Shown here: positions 24,284-41,457 of the stretch, in pieces | Layout of the letters: each line of letters starts with the position of its first letter | How positions within the stretch are numbered: position 1 is the stretch's first letter | Source: Patellaria atrata CBS 101060 | Lineage: Eukaryota | Length of the DNA: 64,000 nucleotides | Direction of reading: 5' to 3' | Assembly (NCBI GenBank): GCA_010093705.1 | Contig: MU006101.1 | Location: 1-64,000 of the forward strand | Translations under genes and position numbers: made by a program | The notes under the pieces: generated by a model | The model's database searches: none | The model's input: the letters and a program-made list of their open reading frames with translations, nothing else | What the model was told of the DNA's origin: nothing

Positions 24284-26253
24284 GGTATGACTTCCTGAGG
24301 CCTACCGACATGCAGTAATGACTGCAAACTCACCCAGACGACTTGCCAGTAACCGGTGAGACGTTCATCATTTGTGTTATCAATTACGCGGTGTCAACTT
24401 CTTGAAGCATCTGAGCGATTTATTGCGTGTAAAGAATGAGTGTTCACAATCACATCAGAACGGGATCTGTGTGTGACATAATTTTTCTCATTTTGCATGG
24501 CACGGAGCTTCACACTTACAAAAGAGTTTTGGCTAGTTCTGTACCCCCCCGCGCGGTTCAAAAATTCATGCTTTTTCTTCTTCCTGTCTTATCAAACAAT
24601 TTCCAACATGTCAGAGAGAGCTCGGGGTTCTTGCGTTTACTCCAAGTATACGTGCCTCTGACTTACCTTTTGTAGCAATAAGGAGTTCTTGCTTCTCCCT
24701 TCATGTACTGTACTCATCAGACAAAAGTCATGCATAGTCTGCAAGTGTGGAATCAAAAATACTGCGTAATTCAATGTCCCAATGTGTTTTTCTCGTCTCT
24801 CCTCGGCTAAGGGACTAGTCAGGTGCTGACACGAAGGTGTTCGCACGTCACCTCCCAAGGTCCCACGCATGCGGGTCTATAGGGCTGAAATCGATCTCGG
24901 AACTATCCGGTACCTGGCGGCGGCGGTTCATGTGGTTTTGGTAGGGCTGTAAGGTGTTCCCGTTCTCGCTATCACTTGCACGTGAACTGTTTTAAGATTT
25001 CTTATGCTTCTCAAGTTGCGCGACAGTAGAGCTTCCTTTCCTCAGTGAAGCTGCACAACCGTTCATGTTGTGGAGGATATCCCATTTCACCTTCTGTACT
25101 CCAGAAAGTGAACGTACAGCTGCCATTGACTTTCCACTTTACAAGATCGGGCCTCCGGTCCCACACAGTGCTCCGTTTTACATTAATGAAATCTATCTAA
25201 TCCAGGATACCTACGGATGAGCGATCTCTTGATCATGGCTCGCCCGAACACCTCTAGGGATCATAATCTAAAATGATCTAATCCATGACAGTCCGGAGAA
25301 TTCTGTGGGCTATGGTGGGGAAGATCTCCTTGGGCACTGGTAAGGAGGTCACAACCCACAGACAGCTTGTCAACATGCATTACATATATATATGGGTAGA
25401 AGATGACACTGATAAGCTCATGGGACTGATATCTGTACTCAAGGTAACATCTCCATATTGACTACAAGTATTGCATCTATGCCCTGGGACGAATGAACTT
25501 TTCTACGTGCTCGGCCCAAGGACCACCCCGCTAATAGCTCAGCAACATCCCTATGTAGAAAGCCATGATAACCAAGATCGAACTTTGAAAACTTGTCACA
25601 ATGTAGATGAATAGATTCCAGAGTCGTAAGAGGGTGAAAAGGAGGCTCTAGAGCAACGGTTGAATGGAGAATAAAAAGAAATAAAAATTCACATATGATG
25701 TATTTCTGATGAGATAACCACAAGCTTGTGCATATCAATTTCTAGAGTAATATTTACAATCAGAATGTTTGTATGCAGATGCAGGAACAGAGAGCCTCAC
25801 AGGCAGATGAGTCTTGGTCTCCTTGGGGTGATGGGCATGATAATAGTGCCAGTCTGTGTCATTCCCTGGCGACAGATAGAGCTAGACGCGCCCAAAACGG
25901 TCTAGCGGATTCAGCAAATCCAACAGCCGACCTCAAGAACTGTCCAACTTGAGCGAACCATTCTAGCTTTCCTACCACTCCTTATGCTTCCTACCGTTCC
26001 CAAGAAACCTCAGGATTCACGATATTACTGCATACGAGTTCGCAAAATCTCACGTTGAGGGGATGCGACTGTGAGGTTGTGCTGCACTCCAGCCCCTTCG
26101 TTCTGTGTTCGCCGTCCCTGCCCCTCGCGGCAATAGTGTCCTGGCCCGATCGCAGGATACCAGCACCTCAACCTGCAAAGCCCTTTCCATCCTTATCGTT
26201 CTGTAACATACTGTCTCCTTCCCGGTCCCTCGAGGACCTCCTGACGCAAAGTC

Positions 26254-30573
<4,320 letters not shown>

Positions 30574-31413
30574 TGTACATTTTGGCGCACACATTTCGGT
30601 TCTTCTCGACATGGTGGTTTTGTCTTTTATAGTTGGGAGTTTGGTCGGTCATCGGTATGGCGTTTCAATGTACTATGTGAACCATGCAGCTGGGGACGGT
30701 TAGAGACCGGATTATGGTTCTTCTGGAGTGGTTTCTCTTCTTCAAGTTAGGTGATTTGACATTCAGCGTCACATTTGCTGTATCATACACCAGGGGGCAG
30801 CAAGGCGTATTATCATCATCATCATCATTATCATACCAAGATACGCTATCTTCTCACGCTTCTGTACCATGTAGTGCGATCAATGTCGTCCAAAAAGTTT
30901 GTGATCCGTATATTCCAAAGTGATGTGTGATGTTAAGACGTTTCCTTATCTTGTTCAATAAGGTATCCTCGGATGCGTCAGCCCAAAAGCCAAGTCCGAG
31001 CCAAGGACACTTAAGTGAATTCTAGGCAAAATGTTGGTTACCGTAACCATCCTCTTCCCATCTCCGTGTCCATCCATACAGTTCCTTTTTCCTTTTAAAT
31101 TCTTTCGAGCGCTTTATCAAGTGAAATGACGCTGTGATACCCCTAAAGTACTTTACTTGTATATCTTATGACATATTTCAAAACACTTCTACTGTTTATG
31201 ATACTTCTAAATAACCTTCAAACCCTTTCCATCAAAGCGGCACAAATAATGATTCAATAACATTGGGGGATCTACCGCTCAAGACAAGGTTTTATATTTT
31301 CGATACTCGAGTCCAAGAGCTTTTCCCCTGCTACTTATCATAATAGCTCTATATTCAAGCAAAACCTAAGCCAAGCTTACCTCTTCACAAGCTTTAAGAA
31401 AAGGATAGCCAAG

Positions 31414-33342
31414 ATGCCTACCTTGGCCATCAGTAACTTCAATATAGTTTGTGCAACCCTAGGGGGCTTCATCACGCTCTTTGGCTTAGTTTCTTACTTA
31501 CTCAAGGAGAAGTTTTATCTCTCAGAAGCATGTAAGTTTCGTTGTACAGTAACCTTTCATCTTCTACTAAGCACGAATACCAGTAATATCCTTAACCGCG
31601 GGTCTCATTTTTGGACCACATGCTACCAATTTGATAAGACCTCTGGACTATGCATTAGGGGATCCGGAGACCCTAGGTACTATCACCTTGTATTTCACCC
31701 GCTTAGTCCTTGGAGTTCAGTTGGTTCTCGCCGGGGTTCAATTGCCTAGTAAATATCTGAAGAAGGAATGGAAAAGTCTCTCCCTCTTACTCGGTCCTGG
31801 CATGACCGCCATGTGGATGTCAACTAGTCTTTTGGTCTGGGCGCTGGTTCCCAAGTTGAATTTCCTCCATGCTTTGGCCGTTGGCGCATGCGTTACCCCT
31901 ACGGATCCTGTCCTTTCGAATTCTATCGTCAAGGGTAAATTTGCCGATAAACATATTCCCAAGGAACTTCAGAAAATCATCATCGCCGAGTCAGGTTCCA
32001 ACGACGGCTTGGGCTATCCATTTCTATTTCTCCCACTTTATCTGATCAAATATACTGGCGAGGGTGGAGCCGGGCAAACTGGAGGAGCCGGTAAAGCTAT
32101 GGCGTATTGGTTTGGCGAAACTTGGTGCTATGTTATTATTCTCAGTCTTATATATGGAGCTGCCGTTGGTTGGATTGCAAAGGAGCTCCTCCACTGGGCG
32201 GAAGAGAGAAAGTATGTTGACAGGGAGAGCTTTTTAGTGTTCGCTATAACTTTAGCTGTAAGTGTTTGGATACTATCCTTCTCGGATTGTCAGCTAACTG
32301 CGGCTTCTCAGTTGTTCATTGTCGGTACAGTAGGTCTGATAGGCAGTGACGATGTCTTAGCTTGCTTTATTGCTGGTAATGTTTTCACATGGGAGTATGT
32401 CTTGTTCTTCTTCTTTTCAAAATACCAGCTGACAGGGCGATAGTGATTGGTTCCGACTCGAAACCCTAGATGACTCTCTGCAGCCGACCATCGATATGTT
32501 GCTCAACGTTTCCGTTTTCCTCTGGTTTGGTGCTATTTCCCCATGGTATCTGTATGCACACAACCATGTCATACCCATCTACCGACTAGTTTTTCTAGGG
32601 ATACTTGTGCTTTTATTTCGGCGCATCCCAATTGTGCTCGCGCTACACAAGCACATCCATCAGATTGAGGAATTCAAACAAGCTCTGTTTGTTGGCTTTT
32701 TCGGTCCTATTGGCGTTAGTGCCATATTCTACCTATATATTAGTTTAGAGTTTCTTGAACAAATCAAGGTAGACGGCGAAGAACGTGCGGACGCGAAGAA
32801 GTTAAGTGAGGTTATAACTGCGGTAGTTTGGTTCTTGACCATGTGTAGTATTGTAAGTTGTATAGCGCATCCTCTAGAGTTATCATCTAATTAACCTGAG
32901 GGTATAGATTGTTCACGGTCTCATCATCCCAGTGGCAAAATTGGGTTTCTACATACCCAGAACGCTATCCGCTGCCGTTAGTACCGAACAAGTCGGAAGC
33001 AATACACCACCTTTTCATGTCAGAAACCAGTCTCGCGGAGGTGACACTGGAATTGAACTAAATCCCAGTCGACAGTTCGACTCGTCTGCTGCCACGGGTT
33101 TCCAAAACGATAGACAAATGTATCGGATAGGGAGGTCGACGATACCAAACGCGGACAAAATCCAAACATCGGATCAGCTCCAGTCGAATGGGAGACCTTC
33201 TCAACCCAACGTTTCTTCTGAGGAAAGTCTGGACAAGAGTTTTCCTGCACCAGCACATCTACAGAGAGCAATTCGGTTTCCTGATGATGAGACGCCTGAA
33301 GCTGGCGCTGTTAATAGGACGGATTCGAGTAAGGAGTCATGA
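31414..33342 (+). CDS. Fungal Na+(K+)/H+ antiporter, CPA1/Nha1-Sod2 family, multi-exon
   Basis: LKEKFYLSEA, ACVTPTDPVL, AESGSNDGLGYPF, GSDDVLACF and GFFGPIGV motifs. Confidence 0.93.
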
Positions 33343-33938
33343 TCATATCAGATGAACAATACTAGCTTAAATCTATTCTCGCATATATGGAGATTAAAGG
33401 AAAGGCCATTTATTATTAATATGTATGTGGAGATTATTAGGGGGGTTAATGGACGTTATTTACAGTAGACTGTTATGGTTGAAAAAAATTCCGCATCTTT
33501 GTATAAGAATCCTTGGTTTCGTGCTTTAGTTCAGGGGTATTAAATGCAAGTACAGTTATCTACTTCCCGTTTAAGTCACGGGAGTAGAAATACTTTTTTT
33601 TTTTTTTTTTGAGCCGTTTCACAATCTTCCAAGGAGTTGGTACTAAGCAGACCAATATGCTCAGTCAGCATTGGCAAAGGATTGGACTAATTATCATCTT
33701 CAAACACAACAAGCCACACCTGGCGATAACAACTTAGGTTCAACCCTCAAAACTTCTGCAACTACCAGCACGCATGTCCATAGCTCCGATACGGGACCCT
33801 TGGCCGTTACGGGCATTATGCATCCAATTGTAACATAGGAGGCTATGTAGGCGAATATATTTCTTTATGTGGAATACTCTTCTCTTAAAGCTTTGATATC
33901 CCTTCAAAGCCCACATTCCGTGAATCCAGTGCTTGACT

Positions 33939-36362
33939 ATGGCAGATAATCTCACTGTGGAACTACCTGGCACCAATGGCACAACGACTCCAAGTGGTCG
34001 TCAGTCGCTACATTCGCACCATCACCATCATCATAGTGCGCGAAGATTGAGACATTTTCTTCATCCGAGTGGGAAGAAGGTCCATGTTGCTTCGGGACCT
34101 GATGATGTGGAGAACTTGAGGAGAAAGTTATCGGCGATTGAGAAGGATGTAGAGTTTGATCTTGTGGTTCATGGATCCCCAGAGCATGTAAGAATCTGCG
34201 GTTCGTTCATAAGTGCTTCCAATATCTAGGCACACGAAGAAAACATGTATTGATTGTAAGAAAGATTGAAGCACTTCGAGAAACACATAACCACCATGAA
34301 AATGCTAAAGCAGCCCTGGTGGAGAAGCACGGTGATGCTGTGGATGAGTTCGAACGTGTCATTCGAGACTTAGATTCGTTGTCTAACGAACTGCATATGG
34401 TATCTGACCATGCAGTTCAGCTGGATGCCAATTTCTCCAAGTACGGCTACAGCGCACATCTACGTATGCCACCGTTCCTGTTGTACGGACCGTTAAGGTA
34501 CTGATAAACCTTAGGTACGAAGGACAGTCCAAATGCGTCGTCCGCGAACTCCATGTTCGACGTCGAAGAGCATCACGATTGGGAAGCAGAACGGAATAAA
34601 GGTTCATCAATGACTTTCTGGAAAAAGCCCATCATCCGCCAGTACTTTCACAAAGGTCTCCTATGGCGAGCAACGGAGCAGCTCGAGGTCGGAAGCTATG
34701 AGCTCTTCGTCGATCTCCTCTACGTCGGCATCCTCGCCATCGCTGGCGATCTCGCGGCGGAACATGCCACAGGAAAGGATCTCCTCCACTTCATCATCAC
34801 CTTTACCCTCGCGTGGAAATTCTGGTCCGATATTGCCGTCTTCGTCGCCTGGTTCGACGCGGATGACATCTTCCGCCGTCTCTGGGTCCTCTTTATCTTA
34901 ACCTGTCTGCTAGGCTACACCACCAACATCGCCGAGTTCTACCACGAGACGTACACACCCCTCGTTTCGTTTTACCTCGCTTCACGGTTGGCTGGCGCGC
35001 TCTATCTGCTATGGACGGCATACTTGATCCCCATGGTCCGCCCGGCTATGATTTCGCACGCCATCATCGCTACCATCCCCGCTGCCTTCTGGATAGGAAG
35101 TATATACGCGGAATGGCCCAACCGCCACGGCCTCATCTGGGCCGGTATCTCGCTCGACCTCATCGGCCCCATCCTCCTCACCACCGTCCAGCGCGGAGCC
35201 TCGTGGATGTCCGGCTCGTTCAACGCCTGGGCGAAGAAGACGTTCGAGTTCTGGCCCGGCACCAGCATCGAGCATCGAATCGAACGTACCAATGCCTTCG
35301 TCACGCTCGTGTTCGGCGCTAGCGTCTTGGGCATCATATACCAGAGTCGCGTCGCCTTTGGGATCAACGCGTATTTCGGGAAGGCGGTGCTCGGCCTCGC
35401 TCAGGCGTTCGCATACAATTGGCTTTATTTTGAGATTGATAGCTTCAATCTGCACGTGCATGCTATCAGGAGACATGCGTTTTCAGGTATGTCACACGTA
35501 TTCCTCAAGCGAGTGGTTCGGTCCCTTGGACAGTCTTGCTGTTCTTCGAATTCTGTACACTTCTAAGCGTTTTTTTCAACTTGGACCAGTACGGATCCAT
35601 GAACAGAAATCTGTACAATGACCCCAAGAGCTCTTACTGCCCACACACAGCAATCCCCAGCCTACACATATCCCCACCCCAAACACAAAAACTGACCCCC
35701 GTCCCAGCAATGGCCTGGATCCTAATCCACCTCCCGTTCGTAATGTCCTACGTCCTCGCCGCCTCGACCCTCGCCAAAGTCGTCCTCGCCCACGACTGCG
35801 CCAACGCGGACCCGCACGAGCTCTGGGAAGTATATGAAGCGCGCTCGCACGAGCACCTCCTCGACGGTCAACGCTGGTTCTACTGCGCCGGGTTGGGTAT
35901 CAGTTTGGCGTGCACGGGTGCGTGAAAAAATCCCTCCTCCCCTTCCCTCTTATAACCCCCGACTCAAACCTAACTGAATAACAAACACAGCCCTCATATC
36001 CCTAACCCACATCCACAAATCCCCATCCTCCCGCAAAACCCGCCTCTCCAAACCCCTCCGCCTACTCCTCCGTCTCGCCATCTCCCTCGTCATCCTCCTC
36101 CTCCCCCTCGCCCATCTTACCAGCCTCTCCCTCGTCGCCACGACAGCCGGCCTCGTATGGACCGTCCTCCTCGTCGAACTAGTCGGCGCGACGTGCGCGA
36201 CGGAGCCGTTCTGGCGCCCGCGGAATGGGGGGAGGAAGTGTGGGTATAGTGCGCGCTGCGGGGCTGCGGCGAGGGGGAGGGTGGAGAGGAGTGTGAAGAC
36301 GGGGGAGGTTGTTAGGGTTGAGGAGGTTGCAAGGGGGGAGGGGGGACAGGGGGGGTATTGAG
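33939..36362 (+). CDS. Low temperature requirement A (LtrA) family membrane protein; 3' end lost in the gap
   Basis: RQYFHKGLLWRA, ELFVDLLYVG, IEHRIERTNAFVTLVFG and HVHAIRRH motifs; His-rich N-terminus; frame runs into the N gap. Confidence 0.8.
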
Positions 36363-36462
36363 NNNNNNNNNNNNNNNNNNNNNNNNNNNNNNNNNNNNNN
36401 NNNNNNNNNNNNNNNNNNNNNNNNNNNNNNNNNNNNNNNNNNNNNNNNNNNNNNNNNNNNNN
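36363..36462. other. Assembly gap (100 N)
   Basis: Run of N. Confidence 1.
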
Positions 36463-36706
36463 TTAAATGTAATGTAGAACTACTAAGGTAGGGAACCTTC
36501 GTTAATAAAACTGATAGGAAGATACTTATGATGAAGAAATCCCATCCCACAAAATGCTCAAGAATCAGGTCATATAGACATGCACAACACCACCGTACTT
36601 TTACGCCCACATACAGAGGAAGCCGCCTTGACGCCTGTCCACCCCATAGATCTAGAAACACACAAAAAGTCACACAAAGGGACAGGGAGGTATCACATCA
36701 CCCCAT

Positions 36707-39136
36707 TCACATCCCATTACCCTTCACTCCCGATCCCGGAGCAGCGAACCACCTCTCCCTCAGCAACGGCGGCAACGACTCACCTACCCTCATCATCTCC
36801 TCCCTCGCGAACACCGCATCGGCCACTTTGCCGCACCTCTGCAGGGTATCGGCGAACATGGCGTCCGCGACCGCGGTCCAAAGTCCGCTCGCGCCCTTGA
36901 TAGCCAGCTGCCTTGCCGCGCTCGCGCTCTTCTCTGCCTGCTCGCCTACGATATTCGTGAAGAACATGCTGGTCATGAACGCCATGCTGATAGCGAGGAG
37001 TTGCGTATTGCCCACCGTCTTCGCGGTGTGGAGAGCGATGTTGAGGCTCTGCTTTTTCTTGATGATGGGGTCTGTTGGGTTGGACACGGCGCGCACGAGG
37101 TGGAAGGCCGAGGAGATGGATTTGTTGGTGTGGGATGCGCAGAGGGGTTCGAGGCGCACGAGGAGGATTTGGGAGAGATAATGTTGTGGGTGTGCAGGAT
37201 CGCGGAGGATGAAAAGGGAGTTGAGTGCTGCGAGGAGGCAGATGTCTTGGTGGTGTTCCGAGAGGCGCTGGGGACCCTCTGGGAGGGTCAGAGCGGGGGA
37301 ATGGTAGGTTGCCAATGCCGCGTCGGTGTTGCCGGTTCCTTGATCGATGACACCGGAGAGGTAGAGGGTCAGACGGACGAGGGAGACAGGGTCTTCGAGA
37401 ACGGAGCTCTGAAGGGAGTTGCGGAGGATATCGAGGTTTGACCGGGCGGCGGCCCACTCGCCTCGGTGACAGAGGGCAAAGGTGAGGTGGAGGCGTATGT
37501 GCCATTCGAGGAGGACTTGCCATTTTATACGGTGAGTCATTTGTGCTATGGATGCGGTGGCGATTTTGGGCTTGTCATAAATTACTAGGGATATAAGCAT
37601 CATATCAGACGTAATTGGGACGGAAGAATTACTCTGAAGACACCTAAGACCCTCCTGCAGATAGTCCACAACCTTCTTCTCCATACAATTCCTCAAATAT
37701 GCCGACACTCCGCTTAAGAAGTACACCAATATGTACAGATCGCTCCGTGGAAGCCAGGTGAATGTGAGCATATCCTTACCATTAGCTCCTTTCGAGAAAA
37801 TCCCTCCTGTAGCTGTTGTAAGATCGGCCCCCGAGGTCTTATTCAATGCTATAGAAAATGATCCATCTGCTTTCCATACAGCTTCCTTGTCCGAGTTGTC
37901 CATGAGGGTCTGCATGGTCTGAATCTTTGCGGCTGCTTGTTCAGGGGAAGAGCTTTGAAGACTACAAGTCAAATCGATCAAGTCTATCAAAGCAAAGACT
38001 TGAGAGAGCTCACTCGCTGATGTCTCTAATTGGAGGCTCCGCGCGGATGCAATTGCTCTTTGTGCTTGCTCGATTGAATCTGGAGCTGCACTTCTTAGAT
38101 GAACCATTGCCTCAAGGGCAGCACAGGTAACAAAGACAGCTTTATCTCCACGACTATTTGCTGTGTTAGATATTACACGGAGATGCTGTTGGGCTGCAAC
38201 GATATCTGGTCGAGATCCAGTTTGTAAAGATAATGTAACACGGAGGAAACGGAACGCATAGCTCCAGGGTACATGCCCATATTGATCAACGTCGGGTAAC
38301 AGATTGTCCAGGGATGTCAGTGCTGTTTTCGGTGTGGTAAAAAGTACCCGTGCAAGCAAATTCTGCATGCTATACTTCAAATCGAAGAAGCGATTTCTTT
38401 CACAGAGTGTGATGCCCTTACTCAAGATAATCTCTGCTTCCAGGTTATTCTCAGTCTCTTCATGTAGTAGACTCGCATATCGAAGACGTAGAGCACCCTC
38501 AGAACGTGGATGTTGCCTGAAATTCTTCAATACAGACTCCATGCATGCCAATCCAGTAGCCATCAACTCCTGATATTGGTCCATCTCCTCTTGTCGCTGT
38601 AACAGAGCTATCGCAGGAGCCATACTGTGAGCAGCTGCAATATACTCCTCGGCCAAAGAAAGCAAAAGAAGTTGGTAATCAGGCTGAGGTTGTTTCTGTA
38701 TTACAACTTGCGGTCCCACGTTGGGCTTGGATTGCGGTTTTACATCTGATCTGATAATCGGTGATGACGTCTGAGTGGACGTTGACCGTTGCGGAGGTGG
38801 TTTTTGCTGTACGGGAGTAGCATGCTGAGGTCTTTGTCGTTCTATCTGCGCCTTTGGCTGGGACATTTGACGATATTGTACCTGAGGCCGTGGTACATAC
38901 TGTTGATACTGGTGGTATTGCTGATTATAATGCTGCGGTGGCGGTTGTGGGGGTATAACGACCATAGGATGGGTTGGGGAAGAGGAGATGTGGTTATAGG
39001 GTTGAGATATCGGGGTATACGTGTGTGGGGAAGTATTAGAAGTCTGGTACTGCTGTTGTGGGTAATATCCATTGTTGGAAGGCGCTGGTCTGTAGTTCTG
39101 ACCGGGCGACTGCCCCGGCCAGTGGTTGTAACTCAT
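36707..39136 (-). CDS. SCC4: Cohesin loader subunit Scc4/MAU2 (Ssl3-like)
   Basis: Q/P-rich N-terminus, then DYQLLLLSLAEEY...YQELMATGLACMESVL...LRYASLLHEETENNLEAEIILSKGITLCERNRFFDLKYSMQNLLAR; a probable 48-nt in-frame intron near 37586-37633. Confidence 0.85.
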   Translation of the reverse strand: MSYNHWPGQSPGQNYRPAPSNNGYYPQQQYQTSNTSPHTYTPISQPYNHISSSPTHPMVVIPPQPPPQHYNQQYHQYQQYVPRPQVQYRQMSQPKAQIERQRPQHATPVQQKPPPQRSTSTQTSSPIIRSDVKPQSKPNVGPQVVIQKQPQPDYQLLLLSLAEEYIAAAHSMAPAIALLQRQEEMDQYQELMATGLACMESVLKNFRQHPRSEGALRLRYASLLHEETENNLEAEIILSKGITLCERNRFFDLKYSMQNLLARVLFTTPKTALTSLDNLLPDVDQYGHVPWSYAFRFLRVTLSLQTGSRPDIVAAQQHLRVISNTANSRGDKAVFVTCAALEAMVHLRSAAPDSIEQAQRAIASARSLQLETSASELSQVFALIDLIDLTCSLQSSSPEQAAAKIQTMQTLMDNSDKEAVWKADGSFSIALNKTSGADLTTATGGIFSKGANGKDMLTFTWLPRSDLYILVYFLSGVSAYLRNCMEKKVVDYLQEGLRCLQSNSSVPITSDMMLISLVIYDKPKIATASIAQMTHRIKWQVLLEWHIRLHLTFALCHRGEWAAARSNLDILRNSLQSSVLEDPVSLVRLTLYLSGVIDQGTGNTDAALATYHSPALTLPEGPQRLSEHHQDICLLAALNSLFILRDPAHPQHYLSQILLVRLEPLCASHTNKSISSAFHLVRAVSNPTDPIIKKKQSLNIALHTAKTVGNTQLLAISMAFMTSMFFTNIVGEQAEKSASAARQLAIKGASGLWTAVADAMFADTLQRCGKVADAVFAREEMMRVGESLPPLLRERWFAAPGSGVKGNGM

Positions 39137-39308
39137 AATGTTCCTTCTAAAAGGAGGTATGGAAGAGGAAATTTAGCTTCATCATGTAAAGTAGCTATCA
39201 AACATATCGTTTCCTTTGTAGAACACGCAGTCTATGTATGCGCCATACAAAGTTACTTGGTGTAGGTAGTATTTGCGGAGTGCACATGTGAGGTTGAACA
39301 TCTTTGCT

Positions 39309-39360
39309 ACGCGACATCGGCCCGATGATTGGTGGGGGAGACGCGTTGAGGTTGCCGCGT
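39309..39360. promoter_or_regulatory. MCB-like cell-cycle boxes upstream of SCC4
   Basis: ACGCGA (39309), ACGCGT (39341) and CCGCGT (39355) clustered in the divergent promoter. Confidence 0.45.
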
Positions 39361-39481
39361 CACGGTACATCGGTGTTGTCACTTGTATCCCATTAATTCG
39401 AATATTTATATTTTGCTTGAAGTTCCTTTCCTCAAGATACTGAAACTGTAGGAATCGCATTACAGGCTGGTCCGCTGCATC

Positions 39482-41077
39482 ATGTCTTCATGGCTCGGAT
39501 ACGCAAAGACATCATTTCATCATGCTCCCAAAACAATCACACTAACAACCAGCTCAGGATCAGAGATACCCCTATCTGAATTATGCAAAGATGCAACACC
39601 TCCTTGTCGCTTGAATCCATTGCTATTCAATGGTCATCTACAGACATTTTGGACAGCATACAAAGGGTATGACATCCCCATCGTTTACCGGAGAAAGATA
39701 TTTGAAGCAGAAGATCCAGCCGTCGCTGGAACATTTGCGGTCGACTTCGTATCACGCATACCAGGAGAGAAAGATGAATCATTACCACCAAGAACAAGCT
39801 ACTTTACTGATCAAGAGTTTGGAGAATACGGCTCATCGGACAGCAAACCCATGCTTGTCACTCTTCATGGTCTTAGTGGTGGATCTTATGAAATGTATCT
39901 ACGAGCTGTATTGGCACCACTGGTCACTGAAGATAATGGTTGGGAAGCATGTGTCGTGAACGCGAGAGGATGTGCTATGGCAAAGATCTCTACTCCCATC
40001 ATGTTCAATGCTAGAGCAACTTGGGACATCAAGCAGGTTGTCGAATGGTTGAGAAAGAAGTTTCCTAACAGACCTCTCTTTGGACTTGGTTTCTCTTTGG
40101 GTGCAAATATATTAACACGCGTACGTCAACATATATATCCGACTATCCCAAGCTTCTTGAATTGACAAAGTATGTGATGCTGTAGTACGTTGCTGAAGAG
40201 GGTTCAAATTGCTTGTTTAAAGCGGCTGTCGTGTGCTCGAACCCCTGGAATCTCGACATATCCGACCAATTTTTGAGAAATAGCTTCATCGGAAACCAAA
40301 TCTATGAACGTGTGATGGGTAACAATGTGAAACACCTTGCGAATCTGTAAGCGTGTCCGCTAACACTACCATCATAAAACAATCTACAAATCACTGCTGA
40401 TCACTACTAAACAGCAATGCTGAGCAGATATGTAAGGTTCCTGGTATCGACATGGAGGGTATAGAAAGAATTAAACATCTCTATGATTTTGATAGGTTAG
40501 GCCCCGAAGAGAGTGTACATCAAGCCGCATATCGTTACTAAACTGTGTGCTAGAGAGATCCAAATAAAAGTATGGGGATATCCATCAACCGGTGCTTATT
40601 ACCGAGATGCATCGTCTTGTGATGCGGTGATAGCCGTCAAGGTCCCCTTCTTTGCAATCAATGCTCTTGACGATCCTGTTAGTACCGATATGGTCGAATG
40701 ATTCGAACTGCAACTCCTGACGAATTTGCTTCAGATCGCTGTCCAACCAGGTATACCATTCGACGAGATCAAGACAAACCCGTACACGGTCTTGTGTACT
40801 ACAACATTAGGAGGCCATCTGAGTTGGTTCGAAGTTGGAGGTGGGAGATGGTTCGCAAAACCCGTAAGTCAGAAGGGCCCATGTAAATCATGCATTCCTC
40901 TGACAACACTAGGCTGTCAACTTTCTGAATAAGATGGCTAAAGATATCGCTTCGCAAGGATGGAAATCTCCCCATGATCCGCTCTCTCAGAGAAATGGAG
41001 GACCAGTGAGCGCTGAGTTACGACATTACGACCCCTTAATCCAGAAGTTGTCCATGTCATCCAGTAAACATGGTTGA
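39482..41077 (+). CDS. Alpha/beta hydrolase, Eht1/Eeb1/YheT family (acyltransferase/esterase), multi-exon
   Basis: NPLLFNGHLQT, LHGLSGGS, NARGCA, nucleophile GFSLG, YYRDASS, NALDDP and GGHLSWF motifs. Confidence 0.9.
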
Positions 41078-41106
41078 GTAGAATGGTGTAATGACTCACC
41101 ACTTAA

Positions 41107-41398
41107 CGGGGGAAAGTATACGGACACTTCAAAACATACTTGTAGACCGGAGCCAACTGTAGCACTACTGTATACCCCAGAGGAGCTATCTATAGTAGGA
41201 ATCCCTATACGGATAATACCTTACGTATTCTATAGTAAAATATAATATCGCATTAAGTAAATAAATATAGTATCTTAGTATAGAATAATAAATTATTCGT
41301 ATAGGGATTCCCACTAGATAGCTCCTCTGGGGTAAACAGTAGTGCTACAGTTAGCTCCGGTCTAAAAGTACGTTTTGAAGTGTCCGTATACTTTCCCC
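41107..41398. mobile_element. MITE-like fold-back element of about 290 bp between TTAA sites
   Basis: GGGGAAAGTATACGGACACTTCAAAAC... on the left is inverted as ...GTTTTGAAGTGTCCGTATACTTTCCCC on the right. Arms exceed 100 bp; TTAA at 41103-41106 and 41399-41402. Confidence 0.85.
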
Positions 41399-41457
41399 TT
41401 AATGGAAGAACGGGCACGGTCAAGGGATATGCTGGGATATGGCTTCTCATCGATCTT

